IMG/VR virus record: IMGVR_UViG_3300033183_000484
Location: 1 to 62,146 of that record
Direction: 5' to 3' (one strand)
DNA from: a virus
Taxonomy: Duplodnaviria; Caudoviricetes
Length of the DNA: 62,146 bases
This document shows, piece by piece, positions 37,955 through 47,570 of the stretch. The stretch's first letter is position 1, and the number at the start of each line of letters is the position of its first letter. The translations under genes and the position numbers were made by a program. The notes under the pieces were generated by a model that worked only from the letters and a program-made list of their open reading frames with translations, made no database searches and was not told the origin of the DNA.

Positions 37955-39924
37955 TAACGGATGACCCCTCTCCAGACAAATTGCCCGGTAGTTTCTGCGG
38001 CCTCAACAGACTGCTTTATTGCCTCAGCTAGCGGGTCATCTCCAAACTTGGTCGCTAGCTTTTCGAGTTTTTCAAATTCAGCGCTGCATTCTTCGACGTC
38101 AACACCACGCAATTTGGGAAGAAGTCGCATTTCTATTTGATCTGCCAATGCCAAGCCAATACGATCTCCTACCCCGTCGCCATCAGGGTAAACAGTTGCA
38201 TAAGCTTTGATTGCACGTCCAAGACGATGACCGAACGGCTTTCCAAAATTCTGCATGAGCCCCAACATTTCTTGGATAGCACCATCAACTCGGGTCAAAT
38301 CAGATCCAGTGAGCGGGAGATTACACCACGTGTCCCAAACGGCTCGGCTCAATGCACGAATAGGAACGGCTTCATTGGATTGTCGAACTTGAGCAATCGA
38401 ACGAGGCGCGCCAAAACGCATGACATTCGCACGGTCTACCACCTTGTCAGACAGCGACTGTGTGCTCTCATCTTCATTCATCGTACCTGCAAAAAGGAGA
38501 TTGTAGCCGGGGAAAATACGCGTGACTGCGTTAGGTATTTCAAGCTCGATCTCTGCATCCTTCCTGAGGTTAACGTCCCCGACCGCATCTCGTGCAGGTC
38601 TACTTTCAAGACGACTTAAGAAGTCTGAGAAATAGTACTCAACACGAGCAAGGTTCATCTCATCGAGAAGAACCATCATCATCCTATCTCTGAGGGCACC
38701 CTCTTCATTATTCTGCTCGTCCATTGCGTAAAGCGCGCGAGCCATATCCGTTGGCCGGAAACGCCCCTCAATGTAATTGTAGAACCCCATTAAATCCTGG
38801 GGACTATCCCACCTGGGTTGAACAGGCACTTGAAGAAAACCAATTCCCATACCCGCAGCATATTGACGAGGGAGTTGGCTCTTACCTGTACCCGAAATAC
38901 CCGCCAAAACCGTCATCTGCGTGGTGTCATTCACTTTCATCGAAGTATGGAAGGCTCGCAAGGTTCGTTCTGGGTACGATAAGCCAAAAGCGTCAAAACG
39001 CTTTTTGACGCTCTTTAGAGCATCGTCTTCATTTTCAGGCTGCGGCTTATCCCAAGAGAGCATATTAGCAATTACTTGAGGTTGCTCTTTGAGCTCACGC
39101 ATGGGGTCTTCGTTGCTTGACTTTCTCCCATCTGGCGATGGCAACAACTTTATTTGTTCTTCCAAATAAACCTTGCGTGCTTCCAATGAAGAAACTGTAG
39201 CATCAAGATCTAGCTGTGATTGTTTTTTTGCAGCGTAATCTGATGTCAAAGCATCCAAATCGACATGCACAGACTGGAGCTGTTCTCTAGACACTTGAAG
39301 CTCGTGATCCAGGCTTTCAACCCGAGATGATTTTTCAAAAATTAGACCGTCAATATTTGAATGTTCCCGCCGCAACTTATCGAGTTGTTTTTCAGCATCC
39401 TCAAGTTCAGCAGCTTTACTGTATAGTTCTGACACTTTCTGAGATAGATCTCTTTCTCTGCCCTCGAGTGAAGCTATCTGTCCAACCAACGTTTCAGCAC
39501 GCTCTAGGCGTTCTTTGACAACGTCATAATCAGCCGTCGCGTTTGCAAGTTGTGCTTCCAATTCAACTTTGGAAATTTGAGCTTTTTCAATTTCGTCTCG
39601 AACAGAATTAACTTCCTTTCGCCGCTCTGCGCTTTGTTCCCATTCTCGGAGAAGTTCGTCTCGTTGGCGAACTAACGCATCAACCTCAGCCTGAATTTCC
39701 GCGATATGTGCCAACGCCTTCCGACGAGCCTCAAGATCATTTTCAAGATCAAGTAACGTCGCTCGCTTTTCTTCAATACGAGCAGAAACAGCGCGCTCCT
39801 CCTCTAAAGGACCGGCTAAAGCAACTGCCTTATCGTGCCAAACTGCCTTAATGAGAGTCAGCAAAATGAGCGCGATGACCGCGACACATAGCGCGATAAA
39901 AATGTAAAGATTTGCATCAAGCAT
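37954..39924 (-). CDS. McrB-like AAA+ GTPase with N-terminal TM segment and long coiled coil
   Basis: TM ~5-27, heptad coil to ~260, Walker A GISGTGKS, VQPRWDSPQDLMGFYN, Walker B LLDEMN, GTMNEDEST (NxD), DRAN. Confidence 0.9.
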   Translation of the reverse strand: MLDANLYIFIALCVAVIALILLTLIKAVWHDKAVALAGPLEEERAVSARIEEKRATLLDLENDLEARRKALAHIAEIQAEVDALVRQRDELLREWEQSAERRKEVNSVRDEIEKAQISKVELEAQLANATADYDVVKERLERAETLVGQIASLEGRERDLSQKVSELYSKAAELEDAEKQLDKLRREHSNIDGLIFEKSSRVESLDHELQVSREQLQSVHVDLDALTSDYAAKKQSQLDLDATVSSLEARKVYLEEQIKLLPSPDGRKSSNEDPMRELKEQPQVIANMLSWDKPQPENEDDALKSVKKRFDAFGLSYPERTLRAFHTSMKVNDTTQMTVLAGISGTGKSQLPRQYAAGMGIGFLQVPVQPRWDSPQDLMGFYNYIEGRFRPTDMARALYAMDEQNNEEGALRDRMMMVLLDEMNLARVEYYFSDFLSRLESRPARDAVGDVNLRKDAEIELEIPNAVTRIFPGYNLLFAGTMNEDESTQSLSDKVVDRANVMRFGAPRSIAQVRQSNEAVPIRALSRAVWDTWCNLPLTGSDLTRVDGAIQEMLGLMQNFGKPFGHRLGRAIKAYATVYPDGDGVGDRIGLALADQIEMRLLPKLRGVDVEECSAEFEKLEKLATKFGDDPLAEAIKQSVEAAETTGQFVWRGVIR

Positions 39925-39935
39925 TTACCCGTCCT

Positions 39936-41411
39936 CTATTGGTTCGGCATCTGGGAAGCTGCATTAGAAATTGCATCCAATTGCATCCTGTAAACTTCGA
40001 CTTCCGATGCAAATTTGGCAGAGTTCTGACGCAGCTCATCCACAATGGGTGTCAATGCATCTCGCGTTGCCTCAAGTACCGTAATCTCAGCATCTATTTG
40101 ATTTTTCCGGTCTTCTAATGCTTGTATCTGCGCCCGAGCATCGTCTCTCTGGATAATAAATTGTCGGGCTTCAGAAACATCTGCCTGTAAATCTCTCAAG
40201 GTTTGATCGAGTGACGCTTGTTCCGCTCTCTTCACTGAAAGAACTTCCTCTGCCCGAGCAACTTCCTGACTTATAATATCAATGCGGGCCACCTGCTCTT
40301 CAACTAAGGCAACTCTTTCCTGATAATTGGCGATACGCGTTCTCAAATCATCAAGACTTTGCTGTTGAGTTGAAATTTGTCCATTTACAGACTCAAGCTC
40401 GATAATGAGTGCCGCACGATCAGAGAGTAACTGTTGCTTCTGCTGATTGAGCCCATCGACAGTGCCGTTAAGGTCAGCGATTTCCTCATCTAGTCCGTCG
40501 CGCTTGAGTAAATCGTCCGCCAAGAAGGCGACATCTGCTTTCAACATATCACGTTGATCGCTCAAATTCTGAAATTCTGTTGTGACATCAGCAATCTTTT
40601 GTTGAACGTCATCAAGTGCTTTCTCTTGAGCCAACACTGCAGTCTGATTTGCCTCTAGGTCACGCTTGGTAGTTTCTAAATCATTAATTGCAATGGTGAG
40701 AGCTCGTTGCGTTTCCGCCAGTGAATCGTTGGCTTCCGAGATATTTGTTTCCACCGACCTCAATTCTTCAGCCCTTAGCAACAAAGAATCTACATTTCTC
40801 TGCAATCTATTAAACTCATTGAGTAAAGCTGACTTATCGGTTTCTAGCTGTGCATTGGACTGCTGCAGCTCATCTCTCTCCCTTCTAAGCACAACTATTT
40901 GATCACCTAGAGCCGAGTGATTTGAAGTTAAATTTGCAATAGCGTCTTCGAGCAAGGCTTTATCTTGTTGCAGACTAACAATATTGTTTTGAACCTCTCT
41001 TTCTTGTTGCTGAAATTCACCTAGGGTGACGGCTGCAGATGAAGCCTGATCTAACGTTTTCTGGGCCTCCGGAATTCTTGGCAACAAACGATCCAAGTCT
41101 TCTCGGGCTGCGCGTATATCAGAATTTAGACCTTCCAGTTCAGCAGTGATCTGTATTTTTTGGGCTCTCAAATTGCTATTTTCCGATGTAGCTTGGGCGA
41201 TATCATTCAAGAGTTGCCCATGCTCTCCCAAAAGCCCTTCACGCTGGCTTTGATAATAATCAATATCACTTGCAATCATTCCATACTTCTGGCTCAAACC
41301 ATTGACTTGAATCCCCAAGTAAATCACCGCCCCTAACGAAACGGTTGCAAGGATCGCAGCCAGCGAAGTATGCGTTCGCGAGTTACGATAAGTCTTGTTC
41401 GATGATGTCAA
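39936..41411 (-). CDS. Membrane-anchored long coiled-coil protein
   Basis: TM ~17-36 followed by ~450 aa of nearly continuous heptads; no NTPase motifs. Confidence 0.8.
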   Translation of the reverse strand: MTSSNKTYRNSRTHTSLAAILATVSLGAVIYLGIQVNGLSQKYGMIASDIDYYQSQREGLLGEHGQLLNDIAQATSENSNLRAQKIQITAELEGLNSDIRAAREDLDRLLPRIPEAQKTLDQASSAAVTLGEFQQQEREVQNNIVSLQQDKALLEDAIANLTSNHSALGDQIVVLRRERDELQQSNAQLETDKSALLNEFNRLQRNVDSLLLRAEELRSVETNISEANDSLAETQRALTIAINDLETTKRDLEANQTAVLAQEKALDDVQQKIADVTTEFQNLSDQRDMLKADVAFLADDLLKRDGLDEEIADLNGTVDGLNQQKQQLLSDRAALIIELESVNGQISTQQQSLDDLRTRIANYQERVALVEEQVARIDIISQEVARAEEVLSVKRAEQASLDQTLRDLQADVSEARQFIIQRDDARAQIQALEDRKNQIDAEITVLEATRDALTPIVDELRQNSAKFASEVEVYRMQLDAISNAASQMPNQ

Positions 41412-44400
41412 GGCATGCCTCCATATTGTTGGCTAATTCATCAACCCAAAAACGGCGCACACGCCACCCCAAGGATTTTAATTGGTGATCGCGCCAATAA
41501 TCCGAAATCTTGCGCGATCCGTCTGTGTTCTGGTGCCAACGCCGACCGTCGACCTCGAGGTCAAGTTTGATTCCGTTTGCCCCAAAAAGCGCAAAATCTA
41601 GACGGCGGCCGGCTATTTCATACTGAGGCTCTGGTTTAAGACCACGCTCAATAAGTGCATAGTAGACTCTACGCTCCCAACCACTGTCAAATATGCCCTC
41701 ACCTGGACGCGTTGGTGGTTCAGTGGCAGCAGCAGCAAGAGATGCCAATGAGCGTAATTTACCCGATCTGGCAAAAGATAAATCACCAAATATATGAGCC
41801 ACAGCTCGAGCACGCGAAATTGCAACATTCAATCGGCGGGTGTCCTTTTGAACGAACGCTATAGCCGATGAGCGGCTCGCTCCACCAAGCGTAGGCGAAA
41901 ACAGAATGACGTCACGCTCTTGTCCCTGAAAACCATCTACGGTAGCGACCCGGAATTCAGCACCCTCAAGTTTTTGGTCGGGGATACGCGCCCTAACAGC
42001 ACGTTCAATAGCCGCAACTTGCCCTCTAAAGGGGGAAACAACGCCAATAGTACCTTCATAAGCTTCTGCAATGAGCAGTTTTTCAAGGTGAGTTACAATT
42101 GCTTCAATTTCCGAGTCATTGGTATTATTTTGGCCCTGAACTAAAGGAGCAGGAACATCTGTCCATGCAAGCCCTGGCTTTTGAGACGCTGGCGCTCGAA
42201 TTGTTTTTGGATCGTACGCAGTTTTTAGTTCACCGCCGTAAAAGTTTGAGCTGATATAATCAACGATAGGCCCAACCGAACGATATTGCTGTTTCAGCAA
42301 GATTTTTTCAGCACCGTTTGTTCGTCGAGCAAAATCAAATAAAGCCTGTTTGCTTTGAGCATACCTACTCATTTTTTGTACGGGGAGACCCTGTGCCTGC
42401 ATCAAATTTCGATCCTGAGCCTGACCGATTTGAGCAATAAAATTGAGTTGTCGATTATCCCCGACAACGACCGCACGCCGGGCGCGCGCCAACAAAGGAA
42501 GGGCAGATCCAATATCACATTGACTTGCTTCATCGAAAATCACCAAATCAAAAAGTCCTGGCTCCAATGGAATACGTTTTGGAGTACCTAAGATTGAAGC
42601 TAACCAAAGAGGCCTATGCTGCACGACGGATTGCGCCAAGCCCGAGGGCACATGGCCACTAGCACCTGAGAAATCAAAGTCAGCCTTCTGGTGTTCTATA
42701 ATATCCAATTCTTCCAATGTCACAGAGGTCCTATCTTTCAATATGATAGGCAAAACTCTTCGGGTTGTTTCTGCAAGAACTTGAGTTTGAGACACGACGT
42801 CGGGAGGTGTGCCCAACTTGTCGCGGTCTGACCGCAGTCTTGCCAAACGTTTGTCCAATGTCTCCGATACTTTTAGCGGAACAAATCTGCCACCCACTCC
42901 AAAACTCATTATCTTCGACAGAAACCTAATTAACCTTTCAATCAGGCTCGGTTGATATTGTTCAGTTTCCGAATGCTTCGCGAGAGTGTTATCCAGTTGA
43001 GCCTGTGCCTCGAGTTGCTCAATGACGTCTGCAATTTCACACTCTAATCGGGTCCGCTCTGAAATATTCAGAAGAGCACTCTTCCGCTCAGACGCAAGCT
43101 GCATGAGCGCATTAACAGTTTGACTTTCAAGATAATTACCTTGTTCGGCAGGTAGGGTAACCAGCTCATCAAGTACCTTGCCAAAAGACACGTCAAGATT
43201 TCGCGACGGATCCAAAGTTCGAACGAGAAACGGCAAATCTTCTGCTATTGATCCCAAACGGTCTTGCACCGCGTCAAGTGCTTGGTGGTTTTTTGAAGCT
43301 ACCAAAACGGAGCCACCAGCGGCGAGAACTGATGCAGCCATAGATACGATTGCTTGAGACTTTCCCGTACCAGGTGGACCCGTCACAACAGTCAAATGCT
43401 CTATTGCGGCCTTTTGAACAGCTTCTATTTGTTCAGCATTGAGCGGCCCGACATTTAACGGGTAAACATCTGAAGGGGGGATCTTACTTTCAAGGCCTAA
43501 GAATGGAGCAAGCGCCGTTCTTTGCAATTGCTCTGTTTTCCAAGTCGCAATGGTATCAAGATCTTTAATCGAACCCGCTGTAAAACTGCTTTCATCAGGT
43601 AGGAACAAACCCGCCATGTTAAAAATGCCAGTTTGATCAAGCGCTAACGTACGACCCAGGTCCTTCGATTGAAGATCATCTCTGATAAGAGTCGCTGCGG
43701 CCTCAGACAAACGGAACCTAAATTCGTCCTTTTCAAGACCTATTCCGGCATCCCCTTCAAAAACAGCCGCCAAGGCATCCCGACGCCATACCGTAACGTT
43801 TGAAGCACCTCTTACCCAATGTGGATTTACTAAAATATCGTTAGATTCAACAGATATATGAAGTTCACCAGCTACACGCTCCCAAGTCGCCGCAATTAAG
43901 CCGACAGGCCATACAACCGGCACGCCAGACTTCCGACCAACACATATCGGCCAGCCAATCGCGAGAGCGTTTTCATTGGCTTCACGTTGTAGTAAGGCCG
44001 TACGAAAATTAGGGGCAAGACTATCCAACTGTATGCGGATTTTTTGAATACCACTATCTGTTGGCAAGAACTTATTGGGACCACTGATCAAGTGCCAAGC
44101 ACGTCCATACCTATCAACATTTTCTTCAAGAGCCCCCCTCGGGTCTGATCGAAGTGCCGACCGATAATATCGCAGCAGAGCTGACGGATCCAATGCGGCA
44201 TGATCATCTGTATCGATAAACTCAATTTCTTCGGCTTGTACCGTCTGGAGAACAAATGGCGCGGCATACAAGTGTTCCGCTGTCATTTCTGAATTTGAAG
44301 AGCTCTCCTTGGACACTCCATTAACGGATGCCGCTAAAGATTTATTGATAGGAACCCACTTTCCTGATGACAGACGCCTTACTTGCCCCGCCTTCACGAG

Positions 44401-44526
44401 ATCTTCAAGCTCAGCAACCATGGCCATTCTTTCGTTCGCGTCGAACGAACAACCAATGAGAGCCTGAAGCTCCTGCAATGTTCGCCCTCTAGGAAACGAA
44501 CGAATTGTGTTCATTAAGAGAGACAT
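41383..44526 (-). CDS. Upf1/DNA2-like SF1 helicase with N-terminal wHTH-like region and C-terminal Vsr-like (DUF559-type) nuclease
   Basis: LNAEQ, GPPGTGKS, DEASQ, VGD..QL, QYRS, TVDGFQGQERD, RLNVAISRAR; C-terminal E...PQY...LDF...EVDG..WH...RD..L..LGWRV.RFW. Confidence 0.92.
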   Translation of the reverse strand: MSLLMNTIRSFPRGRTLQELQALIGCSFDANERMAMVAELEDLVKAGQVRRLSSGKWVPINKSLAASVNGVSKESSSNSEMTAEHLYAAPFVLQTVQAEEIEFIDTDDHAALDPSALLRYYRSALRSDPRGALEENVDRYGRAWHLISGPNKFLPTDSGIQKIRIQLDSLAPNFRTALLQREANENALAIGWPICVGRKSGVPVVWPVGLIAATWERVAGELHISVESNDILVNPHWVRGASNVTVWRRDALAAVFEGDAGIGLEKDEFRFRLSEAAATLIRDDLQSKDLGRTLALDQTGIFNMAGLFLPDESSFTAGSIKDLDTIATWKTEQLQRTALAPFLGLESKIPPSDVYPLNVGPLNAEQIEAVQKAAIEHLTVVTGPPGTGKSQAIVSMAASVLAAGGSVLVASKNHQALDAVQDRLGSIAEDLPFLVRTLDPSRNLDVSFGKVLDELVTLPAEQGNYLESQTVNALMQLASERKSALLNISERTRLECEIADVIEQLEAQAQLDNTLAKHSETEQYQPSLIERLIRFLSKIMSFGVGGRFVPLKVSETLDKRLARLRSDRDKLGTPPDVVSQTQVLAETTRRVLPIILKDRTSVTLEELDIIEHQKADFDFSGASGHVPSGLAQSVVQHRPLWLASILGTPKRIPLEPGLFDLVIFDEASQCDIGSALPLLARARRAVVVGDNRQLNFIAQIGQAQDRNLMQAQGLPVQKMSRYAQSKQALFDFARRTNGAEKILLKQQYRSVGPIVDYISSNFYGGELKTAYDPKTIRAPASQKPGLAWTDVPAPLVQGQNNTNDSEIEAIVTHLEKLLIAEAYEGTIGVVSPFRGQVAAIERAVRARIPDQKLEGAEFRVATVDGFQGQERDVILFSPTLGGASRSSAIAFVQKDTRRLNVAISRARAVAHIFGDLSFARSGKLRSLASLAAAATEPPTRPGEGIFDSGWERRVYYALIERGLKPEPQYEIAGRRLDFALFGANGIKLDLEVDGRRWHQNTDGSRKISDYWRDHQLKSLGWRVRRFWVDELANNMEACLDIIEQDLS

Positions 44527-44908
44527 GAACCTTACGGAATCTAAAATTGTCTAAGAGCATTTCACCCCTCAACAGAACCCGATGAAGCGAGCAGCGTCCA
44601 TAAGAAAAAGTCTAACTCTGACACTTTTTCAACCAACAAGTAAAATAGTACAGTACTGCCCTGCAATTACGCTTCGTGGTGTACAGAAATCCCAGTGTCA
44701 CTATCATGGCCAAATCTCGATAGAACTTTGGAGCCTCCAACGATTTAAAAAATGCTTTGATTGTAATCGGAAACGTTCCCACAGATCAGTGAGAACCCAA
44801 GAGTAGCAATCGATTTAATGAAAAACACCAAGAATACTGCCACATATGATTGGAGACAGCTGATTATCAATGATTACGGCTTTTCTGGGGGGGGGACGGC
44901 TCACCAAA

Positions 44909-44929
44909 CGTTGACATGGCGTTGACATG
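44909..44929. repeat. Direct repeat CGTTGACATG x2 (11-bp period), integrase arm-site-like
   Basis: Copies at 44909-44918 and 44920-44929; IHF-consensus-like TAAGTTTTTGATT at 44968-44980. Confidence 0.6.
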
Positions 44930-44989
44930 AAACGCAGCAATAATTCCCCAGTATTTTACTCGGAAACTAAGTTTTTGATTTATTTAGGT

Positions 44990-45038
44990 ATTTTGGTTGC
45001 GGGGGTAGGATTTGAACCTACGACCTTCAGGTTATGAG
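44990..45038 (-). repeat. att site: duplicated 3' half of tRNA-fMet
   Basis: 49 bp, 46/49 identical to 61975-62023; identity ends at the anticodon loop. Confidence 0.95.
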
Positions 45039-45179
45039 GCGCTCCAGTGCGGGCACAATACCTTCGCAATATCAGTGGCTTAGACAGATTTTCACGACGC
45101 AACGTCATTCACGTGTCGCACGGAAACGCCGTAAGCCGTTGGGAAAAAACGGGAATCCGGTCACGGGATTCACCAGCGC

Positions 45180-45473
45180 CTAAGGTCGCAGTTCATTGCA
45201 GCGCTGCCGGGCGTAGGCCCAGGCCGAGAATGGTGGGGTGTCGGGCCCGGGGGATGGCCCCTTGATCCACGGGTCTTCACCGAACGACGTGTATTGATCG
45301 TAGAGTTCGTCGGCGGTTTTGGCGGGATTGTCCTGCAGAAATTCATCCACGATCTTCTGGCAAGCGGCCACGGCCGCGTCGAGGCTGTCGAAGGTTCCGA
45401 GGCAATACCGCTCGTCTTCGTCCATGTAATGGAAGTTGTCATCGACGTAGACAGTCCAGTCGCCCCCTGCCAT
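45180..45473 (-). CDS. Hypothetical protein
   Basis: 97 aa MAGGDWTVYVDDNFHYMDEDERY..., GGAGG RBS. Confidence 0.7.
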   Translation of the reverse strand: MAGGDWTVYVDDNFHYMDEDERYCLGTFDSLDAAVAACQKIVDEFLQDNPAKTADELYDQYTSFGEDPWIKGPSPGPDTPPFSAWAYARQRCNELRP

Positions 45474-45553
45474 CGCCTCCTCCAAACAGTGCAACCCAAT
45501 GCCTCGACTGTATTGTGCCGCGTCATGGCGATCAAGGCCGCGACGGGCCCCTG

Positions 45554-46657
45554 TCACCCCAGCAGCTTCGCCTCGACCTCGGCCATAGCGTTCTGGTGGT
45601 CTGGCGATGGGAACAGGTGGCCGTAACGCTCCATGGTCATCTGTATCGAGGAATGGCCCGCGAAGGTCATGACCTCCTTGATCGAGAAGCCCTGCTCGAT
45701 CCACAGCGACACCGCGAAGTGGCGCAGGTCGTGCCAGCGGACCTTCACATCGGCGCCTGCGCAGAGCTTGCGGAACCTCGCCTGCGTGTTGGTGTGTTGC
45801 AGAATGCCACCGCGCGGGGCCGGGAACACCAACGCCAGTTCACTCTTGGGGCAACGCAGTTTCCAGCGGCGCAGCGCGTTCAGCACCATCGGCCCTGCCG
45901 GAATGTCACGATAGCCTGCCCGTGATTTCGGCTCGCCCATCTGGTTATATGCGTCAGCGCGCTGCCGCACGTAGATGAACCCTTTCTCGAAATCCACATC
46001 CTGCCAGCGGAGCCCACGCATCTCCGAGGCGCGCAGGCCGGTCAGCGCAGAGACGATCAGGTGGGGTTTGAAATCTTCGTCGGCCGCCTCGATCAGCGCG
46101 CGGATCGTCTCCTTCGACGGCACGGGCGCCTTGTAGTCGATGCGGCTGGACTTAATCACCCGCACGCCCTGCGCGGCATTGGTGAACAACTGGCCGTTGT
46201 CGATGGCATGGTCGAGGAGCAGCTTCAGCGTGGACAGCGCACGGCGGGTCAGGTGTTCAGATCGGCCGTTGATGAGCATCCGGTCGCGCCATTCGTTCAC
46301 ATGGCGCCGGGTCAGCTGAGTGATCAGCTTATCGCCGATTCCGATGTCGGGGGCGGTGATATGCAGGCGCACATAGTCGCTGTAGCCGCGCAGGGTGGAC
46401 CGCTCCATCCGCCGCCCTGTCTTACAGCGCACTTCGCAATGGTCGAGCCACGCCTTTGCCGCGTCCGCCACGGTGACGCTTTCGCTATCCGCGAGATAGG
46501 TGTTGTTGGCGACGAGCGAACGAACCTTCACGAGGTAGACGTCAGCATCCTTGCGGCGCGGGAACAGCTTGGACCGGCGTTTGCCCGCCTGGTCGGTAAA
46601 ATCCACCTGCCAGCGGACTAGGCCCGAGGGCAGCGTGCGTTTGCGAATTGTGGCCAT
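45554..46657 (-). CDS. int: Tyrosine integrase
   Basis: TGLRASE (R), PKS (K), HDLRH, GHSSIQMTMERY; N-terminal arm-binding-like domain; next to att. Confidence 0.97.
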   Translation of the reverse strand: MATIRKRTLPSGLVRWQVDFTDQAGKRRSKLFPRRKDADVYLVKVRSLVANNTYLADSESVTVADAAKAWLDHCEVRCKTGRRMERSTLRGYSDYVRLHITAPDIGIGDKLITQLTRRHVNEWRDRMLINGRSEHLTRRALSTLKLLLDHAIDNGQLFTNAAQGVRVIKSSRIDYKAPVPSKETIRALIEAADEDFKPHLIVSALTGLRASEMRGLRWQDVDFEKGFIYVRQRADAYNQMGEPKSRAGYRDIPAGPMVLNALRRWKLRCPKSELALVFPAPRGGILQHTNTQARFRKLCAGADVKVRWHDLRHFAVSLWIEQGFSIKEVMTFAGHSSIQMTMERYGHLFPSPDHQNAMAEVEAKLLG

Positions 46658-46790
46658 GTTTTCCCTCCGGCGCGCAAGAAACAGGAACAGTTGTCAAACT
46701 CTGTTAATTGGTGATATGAACCGTATCAATAGCACTTGCAATGTATTGTTGCGCGTGTAAACCCATAGTTTATGAACGGAGCCCCAAACA

Positions 46791-47570
46791 ATGACAGCCA
46801 ACGAACGGAACGGTGCGCAAGCCCCCGAACCGCTTCTCTATGGCGATGCGGAAGCAGCGGAAGCGTCAGGAATGCCGGTGCCGAGTTTGCGCGTCCTGAG
46901 CACAGCCGGAGCCCTGCAGGCACAGAAAACCCCCAAGGAGCATGGCGGCTTCAAACGCATGTGGCGCGAGGAAGATGTGCTGATTGCCTCAATTGGGGCC
47001 GCGATGAGCGAACACTTCGCCTGGAACATCAGAATCGTGGCCGAGGCGATGGCCAAGACACGGCCGGGGACATGGAGCGCTCTGACAGCGTCAATTGCTG
47101 GCACCATCTCTGCAGAGGCGGACACGTTTATACGAAGGGAAAAAGAGGACTGGTATCTCGATCTGATCGACAGAAAGTTCCTGTTCCTGCGGGTTCCTCC
47201 CATCGCCACCGCAATCTTTCCGGATACGGCCCTCGGGAAAACAGACCTGATCTTGGGATGGGCGACCTCGAAAGACACCTTCCAAATGTTGCCATGGCTG
47301 CTCGGCCACCCTGAAGGAAAAGAGACGCTTCGGAGCGTGTTCACGGCGAAGCAAATTCAAAGCCTCGCGCAATACTACAAATTTTCCATGGTGGCGCACA
47401 GAAACGCGCTGAGTACCGCCAGCATCAATATCAGCATGCAGGTCCGCGCCGCCTGGCGCCGTCTCCACGGACTTGAAACCCACTTCCTCCAAGAAATCCT
47501 GCCCCAGAAAGGAACCCCCAATGACCCAGAACCCCGGCCCCATTCAAGCGACCGAAAAGACAGCGACTGA
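46791..47570 (+). CDS. Putative regulator with N-terminal MerR-like HTH
   Basis: AEAAEASGMPVPSLRVL...G.L...GGFKRMW..EDV; divergent from int. Confidence 0.55.
   Translation: MTANERNGAQAPEPLLYGDAEAAEASGMPVPSLRVLSTAGALQAQKTPKEHGGFKRMWREEDVLIASIGAAMSEHFAWNIRIVAEAMAKTRPGTWSALTASIAGTISAEADTFIRREKEDWYLDLIDRKFLFLRVPPIATAIFPDTALGKTDLILGWATSKDTFQMLPWLLGHPEGKETLRSVFTAKQIQSLAQYYKFSMVAHRNALSTASINISMQVRAAWRRLHGLETHFLQEILPQKGTPNDPEPRPHSSDRKDSD

Noticed and set aside
39936-41411. SMC/Wadjet subunit
   Set aside because: No Walker A/B or hinge; it has an N-terminal TM segment and no jetABD-like neighbours.
44887-44895. G9 tract as a phase-variation switch
   Set aside because: Intergenic, ~360 bp from the nearest credible start codon, with no promoter link I can show.
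44994-45038. Second tRNA-Met gene
   Set aside because: Only the anticodon loop to CCA is present; the 5' half is missing, so it is an att remnant.
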